NCBI GenBank assembly: GCA_964446625.1
Contig: CAYUPH010000005.1
Coordinates: forward strand, 1,432 to 65,431
DNA from: an uncultured Candidatus Saccharibacteria bacterium
GTDB taxonomy: Bacteria > Patescibacteriota > Minisyncoccia > Phycocordibacterales > CAIRYW01
Direction of reading: 5' to 3'
Length of the DNA stretch: 64,000 nucleotides
The notes below the pieces were generated by a model. The model was not told the DNA's origin. It was given only the letters and a program-made list of their open reading frames with translations, and ran no database searches. The position numbers and the translations under genes were made by a program. Shown here piece after piece: positions 1 through 8,087 of this stretch. Within the stretch, counting starts at the first letter, position 1, and each line of letters opens with the position of its first letter.

Positions 1-498
1 ATCGCATTCGGAAGCATGGTTTACAATGTGACTGATCCAGAAAAGTTGTTAGAAGAAATAAAAAAGATTGATCCAGAAACACTCTTTGGAAAATCAACTG
101 CAGACATTTCACTTGATAAGAAAATCCAAGATATTGAAACAGTAGACACGACTGAAAATCCTGAAGATACAAAAGAGGAAACCGAGGAAGAAACCAATAA
201 TGAAACAGAAGCTGTTGATGAAAGTGGTGGAGAAGCAGAGGTCCCAGCTACTGATCCTGTTTTACCCGAAGAAACTTCTAGTAGCACGGATCCGATTTCC
301 TCTCCACTAACACCTGAAGAAACATCAAGTAGTACTGAGCCATTTTCAACACCTGTTACACCTGAGGAGACTTCTAGTAGTACAAGTCCTACTCCTGTTA
401 TCGAAACAGTCCCAGAGGAGACTCCGACTCTTTCTCCAGAGACGCCGACTGAGACACCTGTTCCAGAAACAGAATCTCAAAGTGTATTAACTGAGTAA
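1..498 (+). CDS. C-terminal part of an acidic Thr/Ser/Pro/Glu-rich low-complexity protein; the reading frame is open to the window edge, so the gene is 5'-partial
   Basis: The frame runs from nt 1 with no stop. It contains three imperfect 16-aa repeats (PEETSSST[DE]P...) at nt 265-410. Composition looks like a secreted or surface protein, with no recognisable catalytic motif. Confidence 0.4.
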   Translation: MAFGSMVYNVTDPEKLLEEIKKIDPETLFGKSTADISLDKKIQDIETVDTTENPEDTKEETEEETNNETEAVDESGGEAEVPATDPVLPEETSSSTDPISSPLTPEETSSSTEPFSTPVTPEETSSSTSPTPVIETVPEETPTLSPETPTETPVPETESQSVLTE

Positions 499-502
499 AA
501 AT

Positions 503-685
503 ATGGCACTAAGTGACATTGTTGGAGCGACTGGAGATTCACAAGATTTTATCGTCGAGCTTCCTGCGGGAAATGGAAGTTATGTTCCTGCAGATATTCT
601 TATAGGAAGCGATGAAGCAATACTTTGTGTTGAAGTTCCTGAACAGACAGGAGGGGGAGGAAATATCTTTATTATGTCCGAATAA
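503..685 (+). CDS. small hypothetical protein (60 aa)
   Basis: ORF sits exactly between its neighbours, ends with a GGGG-rich tail, and has no recognisable domain. Confidence 0.3.
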   Translation: MALSDIVGATGDSQDFIVELPAGNGSYVPADILIGSDEAILCVEVPEQTGGGGNIFIMSE

Positions 686-687
686 AA

Positions 688-1410
688 ATGAAGTCTTTTT
701 TTGAAAAGCTTGAAGTATATTTACCGTACCTAGAGGATTTGCAGAGTAGACTTTTTGGGACAACAATTATCTTTTCAGTTTTTTTTGTTCTCGGTTTTTT
801 TAGTGCGGGTATTATTCTTCGGGGGTTTGTTTCTTTTTTTAAAATTGATGGAGTTGTACTTGCTGCATCTTCACCATTTCAGTTTGCGAACCTTGCAATG
901 GATATTGCCTTTTTTGTTTCGCTCCTCGTTTGCCTTCCTGTAATTATTTACCACCTTTTTTCATTTACCGCGTCCGCCCTTACAAAAAAAGAAAAGAAAG
1001 TGGTTTACTTTCTTATTCCTGTGAGCCTTTTTCTATTTCTGTTTGGTTTCGCGTATAGTTTTATGGTTTTATATTACTCATTTGAGCTTTTGGCGAGCTT
1101 AAACGAAAGTCTCGGAATAAAAAATATTTGGGACATAGGCGCCTTTTTATCCCAGATTTTTATGACATCAATTCTACTTGGGATTTTATTTGAGTTTCCA
1201 ATTATTCTCACCCTCCTTATACGAATTGGTTTTATGAAGGTAAAGTTTCTTCAGGAAAAAAGGCGAATTGCTGTCTTTACAGTGTTCATTTTGGCATCTT
1301 TACTTCCCCCTACAGATGGTCTATCATTATTAGCAATGGTTGTGCCTCTGATTTTCCTTTATGAGGCAACTATATTTATTAACATAAACAAAACAAAATG
1401 TTTGGATTAG
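688..1410 (+). CDS. tatC: Sec-independent (twin-arginine) protein translocase subunit TatC
   Basis: 240-aa polytopic membrane protein. TatC-like N-terminal LQSRLF (cf. LRxRL), about 6 TM segments, C-terminal LPPTDG (cf. TPPD motif). Immediately followed by tatA. Confidence 0.8.
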   Translation: MKSFFEKLEVYLPYLEDLQSRLFGTTIIFSVFFVLGFFSAGIILRGFVSFFKIDGVVLAASSPFQFANLAMDIAFFVSLLVCLPVIIYHLFSFTASALTKKEKKVVYFLIPVSLFLFLFGFAYSFMVLYYSFELLASLNESLGIKNIWDIGAFLSQIFMTSILLGILFEFPIILTLLIRIGFMKVKFLQEKRRIAVFTVFILASLLPPTDGLSLLAMVVPLIFLYEATIFININKTKCLD

Positions 1411-1571
1411 GATACCGAGAGTTAATCATCATCGCCATCATTGCAATTTTGCTTTTTGGATCAAAGAAGATCCCAGAACTTGCAAAAAGTGTTGTAGATG
1501 CAATTCGACATTTCCGAAGTGCATTTAAGGATGTTGATGAAAACGGAAATGTAGTCAGCAAAAAGAAATAA
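1398..1571 (+). CDS. tatA: Sec-independent translocase subunit TatA/E (57 aa; absent from the ORF track because it is under 60 aa)
   Basis: ATG at 1398 overlaps the tatC stop. Translation is MFGLGYRELIIIAIIAILLFGSKKIPELAKSVVDAIRHFRSAFKDVDENGNVVSKKK. Single N-terminal TM helix, conserved FG(S)KK-IPEL hinge and amphipathic helix typical of TatA. Confidence 0.75.
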   Translation: MFGLGYRELIIIAIIAILLFGSKKIPELAKSVVDAIRHFRSAFKDVDENGNVVSKKK

Positions 1572-1590
1572 TTTTTGCATCTCCTTTTTT

Positions 1591-1620
1591 AAAAGCGGCC
1601 GTTTGGCCGCTTTTTGTTTT
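1591..1620 (+). terminator. rho-independent terminator after tatA
   Basis: GCGGCC-gttt-GGCCGC hairpin followed by a T-run (aaaagcggccgtttggccgcttttt). Confidence 0.6.
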
Positions 1621-1622
1621 TC

Positions 1623-1650
1623 TTGACAATATGATTTTTTCTGTTATTAT
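1623..1650 (+). promoter_or_regulatory. sigma70-like promoter (TTGACA-N16-TATTAT) upstream of the DEAD-box helicase gene
   Basis: TTGACA at about 1623-1628 and TATTAT at about 1645-1650. About 135-nt leader before the ATG at 1786, containing a long-range inverted repeat (aaaagcctc ... gaggctttt). Confidence 0.45.
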
Positions 1651-1785
1651 GGAGTAGTAACTTATTCTCTTGATTTTTTGGCGAAAAGGGAAGAGGTAAA
1701 AAGCCTCCCCATTAAAAACTCACGAGACATGCTAGCAATTATTCTAACAAGCTAGAGGTTATGTGAGGCTTTTTGCCTAAAAAAT

Positions 1786-2997
1786 ATGTATAAAAACAAC
1801 AAATTCTCCGGAGGAGGATCTTCTTCTGGATTTTCCCCGAAAAGGGGAGGACGGCCTTTTTTTCGAAGGGGTCCTAGCCGAAGAGGCGGAAGAACAGAAA
1901 ATATTAGCCATAGTCGCTTTATAAATAAAGCGGAGGCTGTAGAACAAAAAGAGTACGAAGCAACAAATAGCTTTGAGTCTTTTCCAATTAGTCAGGGTCT
2001 TAAGAAAAGTATCTCTGAAAAGGGATTTTCTGCTCCAACACCGATTCAAGACCAGTCAATTCCTCATATTCTAGAAGGAAAAGATATGGTTGGTATTGCA
2101 AACACAGGTACAGGAAAGACTGCATCTTTTCTCATTCCTCTTATTCATAAAATGGAAAATAAAAGGAGTGAAAAAGCTCTCATCATTGTTCCCACTCGTG
2201 AACTTGCAATTCAAATTGATGAAGAGTTTAAGGCTCTTTCGAAAGGGCTTTCTATGTTCTCTGTTTGTACAGTGGGAGGGCTTCCTATTGGAAAACAAAT
2301 TGTAGATCTTCGAAGAATATACAACGTTGTGATTGGAACTCCAGGGCGCCTCAAAGACCTTATTGAAAGAAAATGTATAAAACTTTCGGATTTTAATTCT
2401 GTTGTACTCGACGAGGCAGACCGAATGCTCGACATGGGATTTATTGGAGATATGCGATTTGTAATGGCTGGAATGCCAAAAGACAGACAAACGCTTTTCT
2501 TTTCTGCGACGCTTTCACCGGATATTCAAAAAATTATTACAGAGTTTTTGACTGATCCTGTTCATGTGTCTGTAAAGACAAGGGATACTTCAAAGGCAGT
2601 TGACCAAGATATTGTTAAAGTGCCAGAAGGACAGGATAAGATTGAGGTTTTGCATAAACTTCTTCAAGGAGAAGAGTTTAATAAGGTTCTTATTTTCGGA
2701 GAAACGAAGTTTGGAGTTGAAAGACTTTCTAAAAAACTAAATCAAAGAGGACTTCTCTCTGCTTCAATTCACGGAAATAAAAATCATGCGCAAAGACAAA
2801 GAGCTCTCGCACTCTTTAAAGACCACAAAGTACAGATTCTTGTTGCAACCGATGTGGCGGCGCGAGGACTAGATATTCCAAATGTAAGCCATGTTATAAA
2901 CTACGACATACCAAAGACTCACGACGACTATGTTCACCGAATTGGTCGAACAGGAAGAGGAGGTAAAACGGGAAAGGCACTTACTTTCGTAAACTAG
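1786..2997 (+). CDS. DEAD-box ATP-dependent RNA helicase with an N-terminal RGG/Gly-Arg-rich extension
   Basis: Q motif FSAPTPIQ, Walker A ANTGTGKT, PTRELA, DEAD (VLDEADRML), SAT, HRIGRTGRGG. N-terminal GGGSSSGFSPKRGGRPFFRRGPSRRGGR. Confidence 0.9.
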   Translation: MYKNNKFSGGGSSSGFSPKRGGRPFFRRGPSRRGGRTENISHSRFINKAEAVEQKEYEATNSFESFPISQGLKKSISEKGFSAPTPIQDQSIPHILEGKDMVGIANTGTGKTASFLIPLIHKMENKRSEKALIIVPTRELAIQIDEEFKALSKGLSMFSVCTVGGLPIGKQIVDLRRIYNVVIGTPGRLKDLIERKCIKLSDFNSVVLDEADRMLDMGFIGDMRFVMAGMPKDRQTLFFSATLSPDIQKIITEFLTDPVHVSVKTRDTSKAVDQDIVKVPEGQDKIEVLHKLLQGEEFNKVLIFGETKFGVERLSKKLNQRGLLSASIHGNKNHAQRQRALALFKDHKVQILVATDVAARGLDIPNVSHVINYDIPKTHDDYVHRIGRTGRGGKTGKALTFVN

Positions 2998-3004
2998 TAA
3001 AAAA

Positions 3005-3033
3005 CAAAAGGGGCATTATTTGCCCCTTTTGTT
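3005..3033 (+). terminator. rho-independent terminator after the helicase gene
   Basis: aaaaggggc-attattt-gcccctttt hairpin plus T-run. Confidence 0.55.
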
Positions 3034-3052
3034 TATAGTGTATAATGCTTGT

Positions 3053-3754
3053 ATGGAAAAAAAGCATAATTACATTACACCTGAAGAGGTAAAACAAGGT
3101 TGTAGGGTTTTAAACCCGGAAGACAGAGATGCACAAAGAATCTGTGTCATCAATGAAGAGTTTAAACAAGGTTTTGAAATTATTGAAAGTCAAAAAAGTT
3201 ATAAAAAGTCAGTTTCTTTTTTTGGATCTGCGCGTTTTAAAGAAGATCATCCTTACTATGAAAAAGCACGAAGCTTAGCAAAGAGAATTGGAACTGAACT
3301 TGGCTATGCAATCACTTCAGGAGGAGGTGGAGGAATTATGGAGGCTGCAAACAGAGGTGGATTTGAAGCGGGTGTCCCGTCACTTGGAATTACAATTAAA
3401 CTTCCTCACGAACAAGCTACAAATCCATATGTGACTCAAGAGATTCCATTTTACTTTTTCTTTTCTAGGAAAGTGATTATGACATTTTCAGCAGAAGCTT
3501 ATATTTTCTTTCCAGGAGGTTTCGGAACAATGGATGAGTTTTTTGAAATTGTAACACTCATTCAGACAAAAAAAATTGTTCCCGTTCCTGTTATTTTATT
3601 TGGTAGCGACTTTTGGACAAAAATAAAAGACTGCACAGACGAACTATTTATAAGACAGTTTCAAACAGTAGACGAAGGAGAAGTGCAGTTTATGATTACA
3701 GACAGTGAGGAGGATGTGCTAAAGATTGTGAAAGAAGCACCACTTCGAAAATAA
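3053..3754 (+). CDS. LOG family protein (cytokinin riboside 5'-monophosphate phosphoribohydrolase / TIGR00730-like nucleotide hydrolase)
   Basis: Motifs SGGGGGIMEAANRG and PGGFGTMDE (canonical PGGxGTxxE). The ORF track starts at a TTG at 3020 inside the upstream terminator. The ATG at 3053 follows a TGTATAAT box (3039-3046) and is preferred. Confidence 0.75.
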   Translation: MEKKHNYITPEEVKQGCRVLNPEDRDAQRICVINEEFKQGFEIIESQKSYKKSVSFFGSARFKEDHPYYEKARSLAKRIGTELGYAITSGGGGGIMEAANRGGFEAGVPSLGITIKLPHEQATNPYVTQEIPFYFFFSRKVIMTFSAEAYIFFPGGFGTMDEFFEIVTLIQTKKIVPVPVILFGSDFWTKIKDCTDELFIRQFQTVDEGEVQFMITDSEEDVLKIVKEAPLRK

Positions 3755-3755
3755 C

Positions 3756-5003
3756 CTACGCGTTTTCTCCAGCAACAGCTCCAGTAGTCCAACATAATTG
3801 GAGGCTATACCCTCCACTCGGCCTATCAATATCGAGAACATCACCTACCAAAAATAGGTTTGGGTAGAGGCGAGATTTCATGGTCTTAAAATCTACTTCC
3901 TTCAAGTCGACACCACCACTTGTGATAATTGCTTTATCTGTTCCAAGAAGTCCGGTAATATTTACTTCTAGTTTTTTTAAGAGTTTTCCGAGAGCAAGAC
4001 GATCCTCTTTTTTTAAACTATTGCAAGGGGTGTCTTCATCTATGTTGAGAAGCGATAGAAGAGTATGAGCAAATGCTGTGGGAACAATAGGAAGAAGAGA
4101 GTTTTTGATTTTTTTATTCTGGTTTTCCGTAAGAACGCTTTGAATCTTTCTATCTAGTGTTCCATGATCAAGGGTCGGAAAAATATCGAGCACAACTTTT
4201 ACACTATTGTAACGCAGTCCATCACGGATTTCTTTGCTTAAGTTTAGTATTGTAGGGCCACTGAGTCCAAAGTGAGTGAACAAAACTTTTCCTTTCACTT
4301 TTTTAACAAGGTTGTCACCTTCAAAGACGCTAAGACCAATATCAGAAAAAGAGATTCCTTGGAGCTTCTTTACCCAAGGAGTATCCGAGGTAAGGGGAAC
4401 AAGCGACGCCTCAGGCTCGGTCACACTGTGACCGATTTCTTTTAACCACATAAAGCCTTCTCCAGTAGAGCCAGTTTCGGGGTGTGACTTCCCGCCAGTA
4501 GCAAGAACGATTGCACTACTTTCTAAAACCTCGCCGCGCTTTGTTTTTACACCAATAATTTTTTTATCTTCTAGAACAAAACCTGTTACCTCTGAATTTT
4601 TTTGAATTTTTACTTTTTGTTTATGGAGCTCTTTTGTAAGCACCTCCCACACTGATTTAGCACTATTGCTTACAGGAAAAACTCTTCCTAAAGCTTCAGT
4701 TTTTGTCTCCATACCTCGCGAGTGAAAGAAATCGAGTGTTGATTTTACATCCCAGTGAGAAAAGGTAGAAAAAAGAAACTTTGAGTCGTCTTTAAATTTT
4801 GAAAGAAGCTTTCTTGTGTCGTACTCCTCATTAGTGAGATTACATCGTCCACCTCCTGTTATAAGGAGTTTTTTACCTAAAAAGTCATTTTTCTCAAGAA
4901 GAAGAACTTTCTTGCCTCTCTTTGCAGCCGTAAGAGCAGCCATCATTCCAGATGGTCCTCCTCCTATTACTATTACATCTGGTTTTTCGCTTTTTGTAAT
5001 CAT
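3756..5003 (-). CDS. HI0933-like (YhiN/aminoacetone oxidase family) FAD-dependent oxidoreductase
   Basis: N-terminal Rossmann VIVIGGGPSGMMAALTAAKRGKKVLLLEKNDFLGKKLLITGGGRCNLTN, typical of the HI0933 flavoprotein family. 415 aa. Confidence 0.75.
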   Translation of the reverse strand: MITKSEKPDVIVIGGGPSGMMAALTAAKRGKKVLLLEKNDFLGKKLLITGGGRCNLTNEEYDTRKLLSKFKDDSKFLFSTFSHWDVKSTLDFFHSRGMETKTEALGRVFPVSNSAKSVWEVLTKELHKQKVKIQKNSEVTGFVLEDKKIIGVKTKRGEVLESSAIVLATGGKSHPETGSTGEGFMWLKEIGHSVTEPEASLVPLTSDTPWVKKLQGISFSDIGLSVFEGDNLVKKVKGKVLFTHFGLSGPTILNLSKEIRDGLRYNSVKVVLDIFPTLDHGTLDRKIQSVLTENQNKKIKNSLLPIVPTAFAHTLLSLLNIDEDTPCNSLKKEDRLALGKLLKKLEVNITGLLGTDKAIITSGGVDLKEVDFKTMKSRLYPNLFLVGDVLDIDRPSGGYSLQLCWTTGAVAGENA

Positions 5004-5066
5004 TAGTGCATTCTAGCAGAGTTTTAATTTTTTTGTAGGAAATGAAGAGTGCGGTAAAATATATGT

Positions 5067-6020
5067 ATGAGTCACTTAAAAATAAGCAAAATTCTCTCGT
5101 TTTTTGTCATTTTTCTTGTCTGTACTGCACTTGCCCTTTTTGCTTGGCTTTTCTTTCATCAAAAGTCTGTGTTTGCAAAAGAAAAAGCAGATTCACTTCA
5201 AAGTACAAACCACGAAAGAGAAAGAAAAGTATATACAGATAATCAAAACGGTTTCTCTCTTTTGGTTCCAGAAGGGTGGCGAGGTGAAAATTGTAAAGAA
5301 ATTGATTGTCTTATACTGTTCCATCATTACGAAGGTCTTTTTGAAAACTTAAAGATTTCGGTCAGACCTATACAGCCAACTTATAATGCCGAAAAAGCTT
5401 TTTTTGAGACTCTCTCTCCAAAAGGAAAAGCGGAAAATGCGGGCAAACTTCAAACTGAAGAAGGTCAAACACTTTTTCATAGTAGGGAGGAAGTAGGTGA
5501 CAAGGCGCTCCATACGTTTTTTGTTGATACAAAAAGAGGAAAAACCCTGAGGGTCGCGCTTTTGGGAAATCGAGAGACAGAAAAAGAGTTTTTGAAGGAA
5601 GCAGAAGCTTCATTAAAGACACTTCGTATTTATCCAGGAAAAGGTGCTTTAAAGCTAAATGTTTTTCTTACCAAACTTGAAAAGGGACAAATGTGCGATT
5701 CTGTTTTTGTTCCAATGAATCTTACAGTAGAAAAAGGAGACAGTGAAGAGCTTGTTGCACTCGATACACTCCTTTCCCTAAAAGATTTGGAAACTACCGA
5801 TCCTTACAATGCGCTCTCGTATTCTTCTCTTCGAGTTCAAGATCTTCAGATAAAAGATGAAAAAGCGACAGTAAATTTGGAGGGGTCACTTGTTGCAGGA
5901 GGAGAATGTGATTTGTATCGTATCACTCAACAAATCAAAAATACTCTTATGCAGTTCGGAAAAGTAAAAGAAGTGACTTCTCTCTATAAAGGGAAAGCTC
6001 TTCATGAATATTTTAAATAG
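5067..6020 (+). CDS. hypothetical protein, N-terminal membrane anchor, C-terminal GerMN-like region
   Basis: One hydrophobic helix (ILSFFVIFLVCTALALFAWLFF) followed by a soluble domain. TAAAAT -10 box 6 nt upstream of the ATG. Domain assignment is tentative. Confidence 0.5.
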   Translation: MSHLKISKILSFFVIFLVCTALALFAWLFFHQKSVFAKEKADSLQSTNHERERKVYTDNQNGFSLLVPEGWRGENCKEIDCLILFHHYEGLFENLKISVRPIQPTYNAEKAFFETLSPKGKAENAGKLQTEEGQTLFHSREEVGDKALHTFFVDTKRGKTLRVALLGNRETEKEFLKEAEASLKTLRIYPGKGALKLNVFLTKLEKGQMCDSVFVPMNLTVEKGDSEELVALDTLLSLKDLETTDPYNALSYSSLRVQDLQIKDEKATVNLEGSLVAGGECDLYRITQQIKNTLMQFGKVKEVTSLYKGKALHEYFK

Positions 6021-6303
6021 TATGAAAGCGAAGAGTATAGAAAAAGCAGAAAAGCTAATTGATATCCCAAATGTTGGTCCAAGAATTGCTGCGGACTTAG
6101 TTTTTCTTGGTTATAAAAAACCAAAGGACTTGGTGGGAGCAGATGGATTCAAGTTATATGAAACGCTCTGTAAGAAAACAGGTGTGCGACATGACCCCTG
6201 TGTTTTAGACACTTTTCTTGCAATTGCTGATTTTGTAGCTGGGGGTCCACCTAGAAAATGGTTCAAGTTTACAGCTCTTCGAAAGAAGAAATACAAAATA
6301 TGA
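6004..6303 (+). CDS. helix-hairpin-helix DNA-binding domain protein (Cdd1/'pathogenicity locus'-like)
   Basis: IDIPNVGPRIAADLVFLGYKKPKDL matches an HhH motif (hhxxhGxxhAxxhh). 99 aa, stop TGA overlaps the next start. Confidence 0.45.
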   Translation: MNILNSMKAKSIEKAEKLIDIPNVGPRIAADLVFLGYKKPKDLVGADGFKLYETLCKKTGVRHDPCVLDTFLAIADFVAGGPPRKWFKFTALRKKKYKI

Positions 6304-6689
6304 TTAAAATCGTTGCATTCGATATTTTTGGTGTTTTTTATAAACCCTCATTTCTACTACTTGGTAGCTACGACAAAGAAATGATTCAAATTGTAGAAGA
6401 ATTAAAAAAGAAAAATATAAGAGTAATTGCAATAACAAATAGTACTCAAAATTTTTCTGGGCTCACCAATGTGTTCCAAAAGAGGTATGTAGGAAGCGAG
6501 CTTGGTATGTATAAACCTGAAAAAAATATGTTCGCTCATGTACTAACGGAAGAAAAAGTAGCTCCAGGAGAAGTTCTGTTTTTTGATGACGGAGCGGAGA
6601 ACGTCGGTGTGGCAAAAGAAATGGGAATCAATGCTTTTCTATTTGAATCACCCGAAGAGACAAAAAAGATTTTAGAGAGGTTTTTTTGA
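6300..6689 (+). CDS. small HAD-superfamily hydrolase-like protein
   Basis: MIKIVAFDIFGVF (motif I-like) ... FFDDGAENVGVAKEMGINAFLF (motif IV-like DD). ATG at 6300 overlaps the upstream TGA (ATGA). The ORF track's earlier start at 6258 overlaps the previous gene. Confidence 0.5.
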   Translation: MIKIVAFDIFGVFYKPSFLLLGSYDKEMIQIVEELKKKNIRVIAITNSTQNFSGLTNVFQKRYVGSELGMYKPEKNMFAHVLTEEKVAPGEVLFFDDGAENVGVAKEMGINAFLFESPEETKKILERFF

Positions 6690-7373
6690 GGGTGTACCGG
6701 GAAGCCGAGGAAAGTCGCTCGGGGTTGGTTTTAGTTTTCGGACCAGTACAAAAACTCTTTCACCGCTCCCTGTCTTTTGAATGGATTCGATTTTACCCCC
6801 GAGTGTTTCTAGTGCATTTTCGGCTTCTTTAAAATCTTCTTTTGAAGAGTCTTTTTGTGCAATGAGGAGCCCTCCTGTCTTCAAAAGAGGAAGTGCATAT
6901 TCGAGAAGAACCGGAAGAGCTGCAACGGCTCTCCCAGTTGCGACGTCGAATTTCTCGCGCATATCTTGGTGTCTGCCTGCTTCTTCTGCTCGTGCAGAAA
7001 CGACCTCAACATTTTGAAGTCCTAAAGTAGATACAATGTGTTCCAAAAAGGTACACTTTTTATTTGTCGCCTCGAGAAGAGTAACCTTTGTTTTCGGAAG
7101 TGCAATTCCTAGGGGAATACCCGGAAAGCCAGCGCCGGAGCCAATATCGATGAGTGTATGAGCGTCTTCTGGAAGCACGGAAATAAGTGAAAGTGAGTCT
7201 TCAAAATGTTTCTCGTCTATATCGCTTTCATTTGTGATTGCTGTTAGGTTAAATTTTTCATTCCAAAGGAGGAGCTCCCTTTTGTATGTGCTAAAAGCGT
7301 CTTGGTTCTCCTTAAGCATGTCTTTTGGTGTTTTCATATTGAACAGAATATACTTAAGTTGTGAAAGTGACAA
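6672..7373 (-). CDS. rsmG: 16S rRNA (guanine527-N7)-methyltransferase RsmG (GidB)
   Basis: IDIGSGAGFPGIPLGIA SAM-binding motif and overall GidB architecture. The true start may be the internal Met (MKTPKD..., about 7337). Confidence 0.8.
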   Translation of the reverse strand: MSLSQLKYILFNMKTPKDMLKENQDAFSTYKRELLLWNEKFNLTAITNESDIDEKHFEDSLSLISVLPEDAHTLIDIGSGAGFPGIPLGIALPKTKVTLLEATNKKCTFLEHIVSTLGLQNVEVVSARAEEAGRHQDMREKFDVATGRAVAALPVLLEYALPLLKTGGLLIAQKDSSKEDFKEAENALETLGGKIESIQKTGSGERVFVLVRKLKPTPSDFPRLPGTPSKKPL

Positions 7374-8068
7374 ATGCAGAGGAGGTAATCCGTAAAGTCA
7401 AAGCGAAAGCTTCAAAAGAAAAAAGTCTCGTCCTCAGACGATTTTTTAAGTGTGGAGTAGGAGAATATGGAGAGGGAGATGTGTTTCTTGGAGTGACTGT
7501 ACCCGAGCTTCGAAGGATTTCAAAAGAAGCCGGCCTTCTTCCGCTCTCACAGATACGAATTCTCATGCAAAATCAAATACACGAAATTAGGCTTATTGGA
7601 CTGTATTTTCTTGTTGCTCTTTATAACGCGTCAGAGACAAAAGAAAAAGTTATCGAATTTTATTTGAAGGAAAAGAAGGCAGTAAACAACTGGGATTTAG
7701 TAGATTCGTCTGCTTCGTATATTTTAGGAGATTTTTTGCTTACACATAAAAAAGAACAAAAGGTTTTAAGTAAACTTATAGAATCAAAAAATTTATGGGA
7801 CAGAAGAATTGGGATTCTTGCGACGTTTTCATTTATTAAAAAAGGAAATTTAGATTTACCGATTTCACTTTATCAAAATCTTCTTTCTGACAAAGAGCCA
7901 CTCATTCAGAAAGCGATTGGATGGATGCTTAGGGAAGTAGGTAAAAAGTCAGAGAAGACGCTCACTGACTTTCTTGAAAACAATATTTCAAGCATTTCAC
8001 GCACGTCGCTTCGCTATGCGATTGAAAGGCTGAGTAATAAACAGAAGGACTATTTTTTGAAAAAGTAA
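7361..8068 (+). CDS. DNA alkylation repair protein (AlkD/AlkC-like HEAT-repeat glycosylase family)
   Basis: 235-aa all-helical protein. Pattern GEGDVFLGVTVPELRRISKE ... NNWDLVDSSA ... GWMLREVGKK is typical of PF08713. GTG start is uncertain. Confidence 0.6.
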   Translation: MKVTNAEEVIRKVKAKASKEKSLVLRRFFKCGVGEYGEGDVFLGVTVPELRRISKEAGLLPLSQIRILMQNQIHEIRLIGLYFLVALYNASETKEKVIEFYLKEKKAVNNWDLVDSSASYILGDFLLTHKKEQKVLSKLIESKNLWDRRIGILATFSFIKKGNLDLPISLYQNLLSDKEPLIQKAIGWMLREVGKKSEKTLTDFLENNISSISRTSLRYAIERLSNKQKDYFLKK

Positions 8069-8071
8069 GTA

Positions 8072-8080
8072 TGGTATAAT
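8072..8080 (+). promoter_or_regulatory. extended -10 box TGGTATAAT, 7 nt upstream of the ATG at 8088 (leaderless transcript predicted)
   Basis: Exact TGnTATAAT consensus. No room for a Shine-Dalgarno sequence. Confidence 0.45.
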
Positions 8081-8087
8081 TTTTTAT

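Noticed and set aside
3020-3052. TTG start for the LOG-family gene at 3020
   Set aside because: It lies inside the upstream terminator hairpin and on the -10 box. The ATG at 3053 directly after TGTATAAT is more plausible.
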